Source: a virus (Duplodnaviria > Caudoviricetes). Taken from it: a stretch of 39,074 nucleotides of DNA. Of the stretch, positions 25,544 to 34,337 are shown piece after piece. How positions within the stretch are numbered: the first letter of the stretch is position 1; the number at the start of each line of letters is the position of its first letter. A program made the translations under genes and the position numbers. Location: IMG/VR virus record IMGVR_UViG_3300037467_000878, positions 1-39,074 of that record; one strand, 5' to 3'. The notes beneath the pieces were generated by a model, which saw only the letters and a list, made by a program, of their open reading frames with translations, ran no database searches and had not been told where the DNA came from.

Positions 25544-26473
25544 TCAGCCCCCTCCCCCGGCGGCGGCCTGCGCGTTGGCCTTGAAGAACTCCAGCCACTC
25601 GCCGAGGCTAGCGCCGGACGACTTGGTCTTGGTCGTCCCGTTGAGCGTGCCGGTGGCGTTCGAGCCCTTGAACAGGTCCAGCGGCAGGCCACCGTACGCC
25701 GCGATCTTGCCCATGAGGGCCGTGATCGGGGACGCGTTCTGCTGGTTCTGCACGTCGCGCAGGCCGGAGCCGATGTCGTACTGGAGGCCGGTGTTCGCAC
25801 GCTCGTTCGCCCCCTGTGCCGACCCGAGCGCGGTCAGCGCATTGCCGCCGTTGAGCTGCCGGGACAGCGCCGTCTCGGCCAGGCCGGCATTGGTGGCCCC
25901 AACACCGTTGTCCATCTGGGCTTGCTGCAAGGCCGCGCCGAGGGCGGTATCGAAGGCGTGCTGGCGGATGTCGGCCGAGAGCTTGCCGCGCCCCCGGTTG
26001 AGCATGTCCTCGGACAGCGAGGTCTGGAGCGCTCCTGAGGAGCCGCCGAAGGTCGTGTCGCCCGCGAGCGCCAGCTTGTTCTGCGCCCGCGTCTGACCGG
26101 CCCCGAAGTCGTAATCTCCAAGGCTGGCCTCCAGATAGTCCTTGAGGCCCGCGTCCTTGAACCGGCCGATATAGCTCGAGGCGTCCGCGCCGACCACCTT
26201 TTGCGGCCCAGCGCCGCTCGCACTGGTCAGGAAGTTTTGCGCCTGGCCGAAGCTCGCCGGGTTCTCGAAATGGCTCGCCGTGTTGCCCGCCAGGGTCTGC
26301 AGCGGATTTGCGCCGCCCACGAGCGTCTTCGGATCGATCCCGTCGAACGTCTTGCCGATGTCGCCGGCCAACCCCTGAATACCCGTCGTGACCCACTCCG
26401 GATTGGTCGGCGTGGTGTTCATCGTGGTGTTCTGATTGGTCGTCGTTTTCGACTTCTTAGTGGAGACGCCCAT
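25544..26473 (-). CDS. DNA ejection/pilot protein
   Basis: MG..KKSKTTT..T..PEW N-terminus; Gly/Ala/Gln-rich; synteny. Confidence 0.7.
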   Translation of the reverse strand: MGVSTKKSKTTTNQNTTMNTTPTNPEWVTTGIQGLAGDIGKTFDGIDPKTLVGGANPLQTLAGNTASHFENPASFGQAQNFLTSASGAGPQKVVGADASSYIGRFKDAGLKDYLEASLGDYDFGAGQTRAQNKLALAGDTTFGGSSGALQTSLSEDMLNRGRGKLSADIRQHAFDTALGAALQQAQMDNGVGATNAGLAETALSRQLNGGNALTALGSAQGANERANTGLQYDIGSGLRDVQNQQNASPITALMGKIAAYGGLPLDLFKGSNATGTLNGTTKTKSSGASLGEWLEFFKANAQAAAGGGG

Positions 26474-26819
26474 GGAGTCCCTTTCGCAATGTCACGGACC
26501 ACGGCCGGTAGCCCAATTCCCGCAAGGCCCGCTGCCAGCCCTGGTGGCCCTCGATCAGCATTTCGGTGCAGCCCTGCCGGCGCGCCCACGCCTCCAGGTC
26601 CGCGGCGGCGGCCAGGATGCTCTTGAGGTCGCCAGCCGCCCACATGACCTGGCAGGCGCGCTCCTGCGGGTAGTCGATCACCTCCACGAGGAAGCAGCAG
26701 CCGTTGGCCTCCAGCTGTTGCCAGAGCCCGCCGGACAGCGCCTGTTCGATCGCCTCGATCGTCCAATGCGTGCCGTCGCAGGCCTCGGCGAAGGCCTCGC
26801 GCCAGTCGGTCCAGCTCAT
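26457..26819 (-). CDS. GNAT-fold protein (P22 gp14 position)
   Basis: AWARRQGCTEMLIEGHQGWQRAL..LGY motif; ATGA coupling. Confidence 0.7.
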   Translation of the reverse strand: MSWTDWREAFAEACDGTHWTIEAIEQALSGGLWQQLEANGCCFLVEVIDYPQERACQVMWAAGDLKSILAAAADLEAWARRQGCTEMLIEGHQGWQRALRELGYRPWSVTLRKGLHGRLH

Positions 26820-28354
26820 CGCCCGCCCGCCGGCGTCACGTCGAAGGTCGGGCTGCCGAGACGCGCGTAGGTCGGCGAGGAGTTGCCCGAGAACTTCACC
26901 CGCACCAGCCGGCCCGTCGCGCGCACGTCCGACTTGCGGTCGCCTGGCGCCATGGTGGAACCGGAAACTGTAGTCTCCTCGCCTTGCGGGGCGAACTTGG
27001 TGGTCACATCCACCATGATCGGCCCCACCTGGTCCTTGAAGTCCGGCCAGACCTGGCGAACCATCATGTTCGTGTCGGCGTCGAGGTAGGTGTCTGCCGT
27101 CTCGATGAACCACGAGAAGGCCGCGCCGTCGGCGCTCGTACCTTTCTCGTGCCAGTAGACCGCGCCGTCCGATGTCACACCGATGGGGTAGGATGGTGTT
27201 GGATGGGGCGGCGCATCGGCGAAGGCCGTCCGCGCGAGCACGCCGTGGTACCATGCAACGTCCGGATTGCTGACGAGGGTCGGCACGTGGGCGGCCAGGT
27301 AGCGGCTGCACTCGTTACCTTCGCGGCTATCCGGATAGTGGAAGTGGATCTCGGCGAAACGGCCGATCGAGGCGGCAACGATCTTGTCCCCCTGAGAATC
27401 CGCCAGGTTGTCTGCGAAGTCCTTCAGCACGGGGCATCCGACCGGGCCGGCCTGGCCGCCGAGGGCGTAACCGTAAATCTGGAGGTCGGGTCCAACCCAG
27501 AAGGCGCGCTGCCCCACCACGACCGCGGCATTCGGACCGATCAACCCGCACTGATCGCCCACCTTGTCGAAGCGCCAGATCTGGGTGAGCGAGCCTACGT
27601 ACGTGCCGAGCCAAAGCGCCGAGGAGGTCCAGACCAGGATGTTCTGACCGATCACCCGGCCGGCGACGATGCGGCCCCCGCCGGGGAGGCGGTATTCCCG
27701 CGCCGTGGTGTCCGCAGCGGTATTCCACTCGGTGTTGTCGCCCACCGACGAGTGACGGATGATCAGCGGATCAAACGCCCCTCCGCTCTCTGCCGAGCAC
27801 CCGAGAGCGAAGACCTGCCGCGTCGGTGCGACCAAGGTGTAGGTCACCTCATCGGGCGCGTTGGTAATCGTTGTCGCGACAGAGGCGGTGTTGTTGGCCC
27901 AGGAGAAGATTGTCTGGCCGCGCGGATTGGCAATGAGGTTTTGCCCCCAGGCCGACAGGCTCCACGTCAGAGGGAAATAGTCCGACGTGGACGGCTCCGA
28001 GTAATCCCCGACGCTATAGGCCCCGGTGCCGTAGCCCTGCCCGCCAGTTCCGTCCGCCGCCCCGGCCGTGAAGTCGGCTGACGGCGTGATGTCGTAGACG
28101 GTGCTGTCGTACCAGAGCTGAAGCTTGGTGTGAGTGCCGAAGGCGATGTTCAGCTGCGCGGCCGTGTCGGTCCATGCGAACACGTTGCGGCAGACGCCGG
28201 TCAAGGCGGTCGGCACGAGCAATTCCCAGCCGTTGCGGACCTGGGGCCGACCCTCCCAGAATCGAACGTTGGAGCCGTCCGCCCAGCGACCCGAAGCGGC
28301 GAAGGTGGTGTCGTCGCCATTCAGTCCGGGCGGGAGTTCGAGGGGGATGCGCAG
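26816..28354 (-). CDS. Tail hub / packaged-DNA stabilisation protein (P22 gp10-like); probable CTG start
   Basis: Beta-propeller-like composition, CGLIGPNA motif; frame open upstream to RIPLELPPG...GRWADGSNVRF; SD AGGGAG before CTG. Confidence 0.75.
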   Translation of the reverse strand: MRIPLELPPGLNGDDTTFAASGRWADGSNVRFWEGRPQVRNGWELLVPTALTGVCRNVFAWTDTAAQLNIAFGTHTKLQLWYDSTVYDITPSADFTAGAADGTGGQGYGTGAYSVGDYSEPSTSDYFPLTWSLSAWGQNLIANPRGQTIFSWANNTASVATTITNAPDEVTYTLVAPTRQVFALGCSAESGGAFDPLIIRHSSVGDNTEWNTAADTTAREYRLPGGGRIVAGRVIGQNILVWTSSALWLGTYVGSLTQIWRFDKVGDQCGLIGPNAAVVVGQRAFWVGPDLQIYGYALGGQAGPVGCPVLKDFADNLADSQGDKIVAASIGRFAEIHFHYPDSREGNECSRYLAAHVPTLVSNPDVAWYHGVLARTAFADAPPHPTPSYPIGVTSDGAVYWHEKGTSADGAAFSWFIETADTYLDADTNMMVRQVWPDFKDQVGPIMVDVTTKFAPQGEETTVSGSTMAPGDRKSDVRATGRLVRVKFSGNSSPTYARLGSPTFDVTPAGGR

Positions 28355-28383
28355 CGTCGATCTCCCTGCTAGGGGGTCTGGGG

Positions 28384-29235
28384 ATGCGAGAATTGGTGCA
28401 AACGACCCCTAGCGACACGACTGCAGAGCAGTCTGGTACGGCCTGGATCGAGCCCCTACGGGCGGGCGACTACGGCCGAGGGTGGCCGCTGCTTGAGTCT
28501 CGATGGTCGCGGGTGCGGGCCACCTGGTTGCGGTGCGGGCTGCCCGAATGGCGCGGCGAGCCGCTGGCGGGTCGCCACATCATTGTCGGCGGCGAACAGG
28601 GCATCGGCGATGAAGTCCAATTCAGCCGCTTCATCCCGCGCCTGAAGGCGCTCGGCGCCCGCGTCACGGCTCTGGTGCTCGCCGAGAACCGACGGCTGTT
28701 CATGCAGCTCGGCGCGGACGTCGCCCTCGACCGAATGGAGCGACACGCCCTCACCGCCCACTATGTTGTCGGCCTGATGTCGCTGCCCCTGCGGTTCGGC
28801 TGCTTCAGCGACGTTGACTTCGGCCGGGCGCCCTATTTGCGAGCCGCACCCGAATGCACGTCATCCGACGTCGGCGTGGTCTGGCGCGGCCAGCCCCGCC
28901 ACGAGAACGACCGCAACCGCTCGATGCCCTCGCCCGACCCGCTCCTCGACCTTCCTGGCGCTACCCTCATCGAGCCGCACGGGGATACGGTTGACAGCCT
29001 GAACACTCTCGCGGGACTTCAAGCCTTGGTGACGGTGGATACCTCGTGGGCGCATCTGGCCGGCGCGATGGGTCTGCCGACGCATCTGCTGCTGCCGGCC
29101 ATCGGCTGCGATTGGCGCTGGGGCGAGGGCCGCTCGGATACACCCTGGTACGGCTCGGTGCGGCTCTACCGCCAGCCCCGCCCCGGAGATTGGGCGACGC
29201 CGATCGCGCAGGTTCACACCGCCTTGGCTCAGTAG
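28384..29235 (+). CDS. GT-B (GT9-like) glycosyltransferase lacking the usual TPR array, antisense
   Basis: PEWRGEPLAG...EQGIGDEVQFSRF, GVVWRG, VTVDTSWAHLAGAMG, DWRWG...PWYGSVRLYRQ. Confidence 0.85.
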   Translation: MRELVQTTPSDTTAEQSGTAWIEPLRAGDYGRGWPLLESRWSRVRATWLRCGLPEWRGEPLAGRHIIVGGEQGIGDEVQFSRFIPRLKALGARVTALVLAENRRLFMQLGADVALDRMERHALTAHYVVGLMSLPLRFGCFSDVDFGRAPYLRAAPECTSSDVGVVWRGQPRHENDRNRSMPSPDPLLDLPGATLIEPHGDTVDSLNTLAGLQALVTVDTSWAHLAGAMGLPTHLLLPAIGCDWRWGEGRSDTPWYGSVRLYRQPRPGDWATPIAQVHTALAQ

Positions 29236-29870
29236 GAGACCAGGAGCACTACCGCACGACCGTCCCCTCCCGGGCCGCCTGCCGTGCCAGCCCGGCCGCC
29301 GCCTGGCGAGATCCCCGTCGTGGCGGTGTTTCCACCGTCCTGGCCCTTCCCGCCGGGAAACTCCGCCGAGCCCGGGGCGCCGCCGCCGCCGCCCCAACCG
29401 CCGCCCGCAGTCCCTCCGCTGCCGCCGCCCGCTCCAAGGCCATTGACGCCCGCAACCGCGCCACTGGTCCCGCCGAGCGAACCATCAAGGTTGACGTCGC
29501 CACCCGACGCCACCCCCACCGTGAACGAGTTGGCGGCGCCCGCCGACATAGTCGGATAGCCCGCCGCGACAGCGGTCGTGTTGGTCCCGCTGCCACCGGC
29601 GCCCACAGTGATGCTGACCGTCTGACCCGCGTTCAGCGGGATCGTCTTCTCGACGTAGGCGCCAGACGCAGACGCCTGGCCGGTGCCGAGGTTGGTCCAG
29701 TCGCCCCCCGCCCCATGTAGAACGAACTTCCACTGCCCGGTATACGGCGCCGTGAAGGTGTACGCGCCTGGCTGGTAAACGCGGCAATAGCCCAGGTGGC
29801 GAGCACCCAACCCTGCGGCCCGCAGGAGAGTGGTCGCCTTGCCGCCCAGCGGGGTCTCAAACGCGCTCAT
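29229..29870 (-). CDS. Glycine-rich tail/fibre protein
   Basis: YTFTAP...GAGG...G-rich repeats...GGDGRAVV. Confidence 0.75.
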   Translation of the reverse strand: MSAFETPLGGKATTLLRAAGLGARHLGYCRVYQPGAYTFTAPYTGQWKFVLHGAGGDWTNLGTGQASASGAYVEKTIPLNAGQTVSITVGAGGSGTNTTAVAAGYPTMSAGAANSFTVGVASGGDVNLDGSLGGTSGAVAGVNGLGAGGGSGGTAGGGWGGGGGAPGSAEFPGGKGQDGGNTATTGISPGGGRAGTAGGPGGDGRAVVLLVSY

Positions 29871-30286
29871 GCCGCGTAGAACGCGCCTTCGCAGCGCACC
29901 ACAACGCCGTTTGCCACCGCCTGGCCCATGGCGGCGGCCAAACCGATGCCGCCCTCCAGTTCCAAAGGCGCGCTCACGCTGAGGCCGAAGTCGGTCTTGG
30001 CATTCGCCACAGCCGCGCCGGGCGTCACGGTCGCCATTAGGGCGGAGTCAATGAGGGTGTAGGTCGATCCCGACCGCTTGTAGAGCTGAATGTTGTTGGC
30101 CGTGCCGATAGTCGCGCGCGGGATGGCGTATAGCTTGGTGATCCGAGCGCCGTCCGTGTTGTCGGCTGCCAGCAGCAGATCAACGACGTTCGTCGGAGTG
30201 TTGAACGCCGTCTCGGCCGCCGTGAGAACTGCCGTCCGCGAAAACGGCGTCTTGGGCAGTGTGGCGTGGTCTTGGTTGACAGCCAT
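29867..30286 (-). CDS. Virion structural protein
   Basis: Beta-rich; in late operon. Confidence 0.65.
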   Translation of the reverse strand: MAVNQDHATLPKTPFSRTAVLTAAETAFNTPTNVVDLLLAADNTDGARITKLYAIPRATIGTANNIQLYKRSGSTYTLIDSALMATVTPGAAVANAKTDFGLSVSAPLELEGGIGLAAAMGQAVANGVVVRCEGAFYAA

Positions 30287-30292
30287 TTGGGC

Positions 30293-30907
30293 TCAGCTCC
30301 CGAAGATGAGGGTGTAGACGAGCACCTTCTGACGGATCTGGGACTCGAAGTCCCCGATGTCCGAGGACTGGATCTGCTGCCAAGTGGCGCTCGATCCGTC
30401 CGTCTTCAGGTACTTTCCGGCGTTGCCGACCTGGCCCGGGAGCGCCGTCGACGACGCGAGCACTTGAGCGGCGATGTAGTCTTTGAGGCCGTAACCGCCG
30501 AACGTGATGGAGTGGCAGTTGCTGCCGTCGCAGCACACCAAGGTCTTGTCGCCGGCGTCGACCGTGAAGGTGTTGCCGGCTCCCGTGGTGAACACCAGCG
30601 CCTTGTTGGTCGCGTTCCAGACAAACCGCACCATCGGCACGGATGGGACGGTGATGGTGGCGTTCGCCGACAGCGAGCCGGTGAACTTCGGCATCGCGAT
30701 GCGCGCGGTGAAGTCCGCAGCCACCATGGAGGTGGTCGGCCGCACCGTGGTCATCACGTAGTCGCCGGTGATCGCGATCGACACAAAGCCGCCAAAGGCC
30801 GAGTTGATGCGAGACAGGGCGTTGTTAAGGTGGTTCTGGCCCCAGGTGTTGTTGTTCTCGCCCGCGGCTTGCATCTCGAAGTCGAGGTCGGTCCAGGTCG
30901 ACGGCAT
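30293..30907 (-). CDS. Tail fibre/adaptor N-terminal-type structural protein
   Basis: MPST...GENNNTWG..LN; LPGQVGNAGKYLKTDG motif. Confidence 0.7.
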   Translation of the reverse strand: MPSTWTDLDFEMQAAGENNNTWGQNHLNNALSRINSAFGGFVSIAITGDYVMTTVRPTTSMVAADFTARIAMPKFTGSLSANATITVPSVPMVRFVWNATNKALVFTTGAGNTFTVDAGDKTLVCCDGSNCHSITFGGYGLKDYIAAQVLASSTALPGQVGNAGKYLKTDGSSATWQQIQSSDIGDFESQIRQKVLVYTLIFGS

Positions 30908-31155
30908 CAGAGCGCCCCTCCGGTCGTGTCCGTCCAGGTCGTGCCGTTGGACAGGGCGACCTTCTGCGTGTCGGTCAGGTAGATGATCGCGCCGGTCCAA
31001 TCGGACGCGGGCGGTAGGTCGGCCTCCAGGCAGCCCGCCAGATGCGCCGGCTTGGTCGGGGCCTGCAGTTCGATCAGCGCATCCCGCATCTCAGCGAGCA
31101 GCGCGACCAGGCCATCCCCGGAGACGGAGCCGGGGCCGATCGGACGGATCGCCAC
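30907..31155 (-). CDS. Small virion protein
   Basis: LPPAS..TGAIIY....ALSNGTTW fibre-like motif. Confidence 0.65.
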   Translation of the reverse strand: MAIRPIGPGSVSGDGLVALLAEMRDALIELQAPTKPAHLAGCLEADLPPASDWTGAIIYLTDTQKVALSNGTTWTDTTGGAL

Positions 31156-31815
31156 CTAATAGCCCCGGTAGATGCTGAACGAGTGCCGGCGATGGGTGAG
31201 CATGCCCGGCTCGGTGGAGAGCGTGGTCAGCGCCTTCTCACGGGCCTCCTTGGCCCGCGCGGCGGTGATCGCATCCCGGTACTTGCCCTCCCACATGACC
31301 ATGGCGTCCGGATCCCGCAGGTAGGGCGCCGCTTCCTTCAGCGCGCCGAACAGATAGACGCTCGGGTAGTTGGCCAACACGAGGTTGGTGGTGGTGCTGT
31401 CCGAGAGCGCCAGGCCGCCGACCCAGCGGAAGAGGAAGCTGTAGTCGCTGGCCGAGATGTTCGGGCAGTCGAAGTAGATCGTGTCGCCGTCCACGCACCA
31501 GGCCTGCGGGATGCTGTTCACCGTGGTGATCGGCATCGCCTCACGGATCGAGGCGCGCAGCTCCTGCGTCCCCGACGAGCCCGACCACAGCAGCCACAGG
31601 TTCAGAGGCTCGCGGTAGCCGGTCGGCAGGGCGATGGTGTGGCTGCCGACCACGGGCGTGAGCGTGGACGTGCTCTCGATGTCACGGTGATTGAACTGCG
31701 CGTTGATGTCCGCTTCGGCGAGCTGGATGAACTCGGGGATGCGATCGGTGAGATCGCCGCGATCGAGCCAGTTCGCGATGGCGTCCTTCAACTCGCTATA
31801 GGTGCCGATGGCCAC
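31156..31815 (-). CDS. Head-tail adaptor protein
   Basis: TYSELKDAIANWLDRGDL...FIQLAE...YLFGALKEAAPY pattern. Confidence 0.75.
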   Translation of the reverse strand: MAIGTYSELKDAIANWLDRGDLTDRIPEFIQLAEADINAQFNHRDIESTSTLTPVVGSHTIALPTGYREPLNLWLLWSGSSGTQELRASIREAMPITTVNSIPQAWCVDGDTIYFDCPNISASDYSFLFRWVGGLALSDSTTTNLVLANYPSVYLFGALKEAAPYLRDPDAMVMWEGKYRDAITAARAKEAREKALTTLSTEPGMLTHRRHSFSIYRGY

Positions 31816-31820
31816 GGCGA

Positions 31821-32135
31821 CTAGATCCCGTCGCCCGACGTGACGCTGAACGTGGCCGAGCCGCTAGCCATGATGACCGAGAAGTACACCTGGCCATCCC
31901 GGTCATTGCCCTGGATGGTGAAGCCGACCGGCAGGCCCGCCGGGATCGGGATATCCGAGGCGGTCGCTGCCACCGAACTGTCGCCGAACTTGATATAGCC
32001 CAGCGTCGTGCCGTCGTTGTAGACGCGGACCTGGAACTTGCCCTTTCGCGCGCCGCCGGGAATGGCCTTGGCCGTCGAGGCCGAGGTGGTGGCGGCCTGG
32101 GTCGTGGTCGCCTGGGGCGAGAACAGATAGCTCAT
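31821..32135 (-). CDS. Small beta-sandwich virion protein (possible head-spike base)
   Basis: VRVYNDG...YIKFGDSSVAAT..DIPIPAG. Confidence 0.55.
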   Translation of the reverse strand: MSYLFSPQATTTQAATTSASTAKAIPGGARKGKFQVRVYNDGTTLGYIKFGDSSVAATASDIPIPAGLPVGFTIQGNDRDGQVYFSVIMASGSATFSVTSGDGI

Positions 32136-32848
32136 CAGGCCGCCTCTTTCAGGGGTTCGGGCTTCAGCAGGAAGCGGTGAAGGTTGCCGGGGAAGTCGCC
32201 CGCCTCATGGTCGTGGTGGGTGAGGTCGAGGTCGGGGACCACCCAGATCTCCCGCCGCATTGCGCGCCAGCGACGGGAAAACGCGTAGTCCTCGCCCCAC
32301 CACACGCCCTTGTGGGCGCCGTGGTTGAACAGGTCGATGTGAGGCTTGACGGGGTCGCCGTAAATGAGTTCGGGGTATCGGCGCATGAAGCGCTGCACAG
32401 CGCTTCGCGTGATTTTCAGGAAGCCGGCCGGGACACGCACAGCCTTGAGGGCGCCGTCGCTCTCGCGCACGATCGGATAGCGGTCACGGCCAGCCTCAAC
32501 CGTCCCCATGTATTCGACGTCTGGGTACTTGAAGCGATAAAGGCCCGCGACAACCTCACCCTCGGTGCGCACGAGCTTAGTCAGGTCACCGGGTTTCCAC
32601 GAGAGATCGTGGTCGAGGAAAACGACGATCTCGGCGTCGGCCTCGTGCAACGCCCGGTGAAGCATCTTCGCCCGGGCTTCGCTGATGTAGGGGCAACCCA
32701 CCTCCCAAACCATCTTGTGGTCTAGGCCAGCCGCGTCGAGGTGCGGGACCTCCGCCCGCATCGCGTCGAGGAACTGCTGGTAGGGCCGCTTGAGGGTCGG
32801 GCAGGCGAAGACGACCTTCACCCTCGCCTGCCCGTTGTCCTGGGACAC
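32135..32848 (-). CDS. GT-A fold (GT2-like) glycosyltransferase in head operon
   Basis: VFACP N-strand, VFLDHD (DxD), PAGFLKI, GEDYAF, PDLDLTH. Confidence 0.82.
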   Translation of the reverse strand: MSQDNGQARVKVVFACPTLKRPYQQFLDAMRAEVPHLDAAGLDHKMVWEVGCPYISEARAKMLHRALHEADAEIVVFLDHDLSWKPGDLTKLVRTEGEVVAGLYRFKYPDVEYMGTVEAGRDRYPIVRESDGALKAVRVPAGFLKITRSAVQRFMRRYPELIYGDPVKPHIDLFNHGAHKGVWWGEDYAFSRRWRAMRREIWVVPDLDLTHHDHEAGDFPGNLHRFLLKPEPLKEAA

Positions 32849-32849
32849 G

Positions 32850-33089
32850 TTACGACTGCGGCGGCCAGAAGCCGAGGGCCGACATGGTGTTGGCGACCGC
32901 AATCATGAAGGCCGCGTGCTTGGTGTTGACGGCCGTGGACGACGCCGTGGTGATGTCCGACGTCGCGTAGCTGGTGAGCGCGGAGATCGCCACCGGCGCC
33001 TTGCCGCCGAAGCCCACCTTGTTGGTGGAGCTCACGCCGATCTGAACGCCGTCCGGCGAGTTGTCGCCGATCTGAGTGTAGTTGGCCAT
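32850..33089 (-). CDS. Small capsid-associated protein
   Basis: Directly after coat; DGVQIG...KVGFGG..PV...ALG; Ser/Thr-rich centre. Confidence 0.65.
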   Translation of the reverse strand: MANYTQIGDNSPDGVQIGVSSTNKVGFGGKAPVAISALTSYATSDITTASSTAVNTKHAAFMIAVANTMSALGFWPPQS

Positions 33090-33107
33090 TGGGGGAAGTC
33101 CCTTCGA

Positions 33108-33139
33108 GAAAAGGAAGGGGGACGACCGGAGCCGTCCCC
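33108..33139 (-). terminator. Terminator-like hairpin after coat gene
   Basis: GGGGACGGC-TCCG-GTCGTCCCC then CTTCCTTTT. Confidence 0.65.
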
Positions 33140-33158
33140 AGGTTCAGCCGGGGAGCGG

Positions 33159-34337
33159 CTAGTTGTTGTGGAGGCGGCAGGCGAGCTGCGGGCGGATGGT
33201 CTTGTAGCCGTAGAGGACATCGAGGCGGCAGGGGAACTTGTCGCTGTTGATGTCGTACTGGCGCACGATGCGCATGCTGATCCCGTCCTGCACCTCACGG
33301 CGGGCGAAGTCGACGCCGTCAGGCATCACGAGGTCGGCGAACGCGATGGCGAACGCCTCCTTGTGGTACAGGAGCGACGTGTCATCAGTGCCCGAGGCGG
33401 TGCCGGCCAGAGCCACCGTCTTCGACGCGCCCGCCGAGTTGATGACGATGTTCTGGGTGGCGCCCGAGGTGACCGGGGTCGGGAACACGGCGACCGAAGT
33501 CGTCGAGTCCGCGGTGACGACGAACTGCTGTTGCACCCCGGTGTCCACCTTGGTCTCGGGATGGACGCGGTTCACGCCGGTGATCGTGATGATGTCACCC
33601 TGCTTGAACGTGCCCGTGCCGCCCGACACGGTGATGGTCGCCGTGCCAGAGGTGATGCCGGTCGAGGTGTTGCAGACATAGGACGCCGCATCGCCCACGG
33701 TGTGGCGAGGCATCAGCGTGTTCTCGGCGAAGTCGAAGCCGGCGGCGCGGCCGACATAGCCTTCCTTGTACTGCTTGCCGATCTCGGCCTGGTTGTTGAA
33801 CAGCGACTTGCCGTCCGTCACCAGGTCGACCATCTGCTGGGTCGACATCAGCGCGGTCCGATTGTCCATCGGGCAGAGCGCGTCGGTCATGATCTTCCGG
33901 CCCGACAGCACGTGCGCCAGGGTGGTGGCGGAACCGGAGTTCCACACCGCCTTGTTGACGTCCTTGTACATGCTGAGCGCGTCGGCCTCGATCGCCGAGG
34001 CCAGCACGGACATCGCCGGGTCGAGAATGCGCTTGCCGAAGTCGTCGAGCGACAGGGTCAGGTCCACGCTGGTGAAGTTGAGGTCGACGCCCTTCTGGGT
34101 TGCGACCGTCAGCGTGGTGGAGGTCTCGGCGGTGTCCTGCGCCACCAGCGCCGCGCCGGTGCGCACGGTGTACTGGTTCGGCAGGCGGATCTTCAGGTCC
34201 GCACCGATCTTGGCGCCGGACTTGGCGAACTGATCGTCGTACTGACGCTCGATGGAGCCAACGAAGTTCAGCTTCTGGTGCAGGATGCGCAGGGCTTCGC
34301 GCGTCACCGCGGTAGGGGTGAGGATGGAGTTCGACAT
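33159..34337 (-). CDS. Major capsid protein, P22 gp5 family
   Basis: MSNSILTP...KIG..LKIRLP...RLDVLYGYKTIRPQLACR. Confidence 0.92.
   Translation of the reverse strand: MSNSILTPTAVTREALRILHQKLNFVGSIERQYDDQFAKSGAKIGADLKIRLPNQYTVRTGAALVAQDTAETSTTLTVATQKGVDLNFTSVDLTLSLDDFGKRILDPAMSVLASAIEADALSMYKDVNKAVWNSGSATTLAHVLSGRKIMTDALCPMDNRTALMSTQQMVDLVTDGKSLFNNQAEIGKQYKEGYVGRAAGFDFAENTLMPRHTVGDAASYVCNTSTGITSGTATITVSGGTGTFKQGDIITITGVNRVHPETKVDTGVQQQFVVTADSTTSVAVFPTPVTSGATQNIVINSAGASKTVALAGTASGTDDTSLLYHKEAFAIAFADLVMPDGVDFARREVQDGISMRIVRQYDINSDKFPCRLDVLYGYKTIRPQLACRLHNN

Noticed and set aside
28355-29245. Invertible segment explaining the reversed GT gene
   Set aside because: Only weak flanking similarity (TCTCCCTGCT vs reverse complement TCTCCTACT) and no invertase gene in the window.
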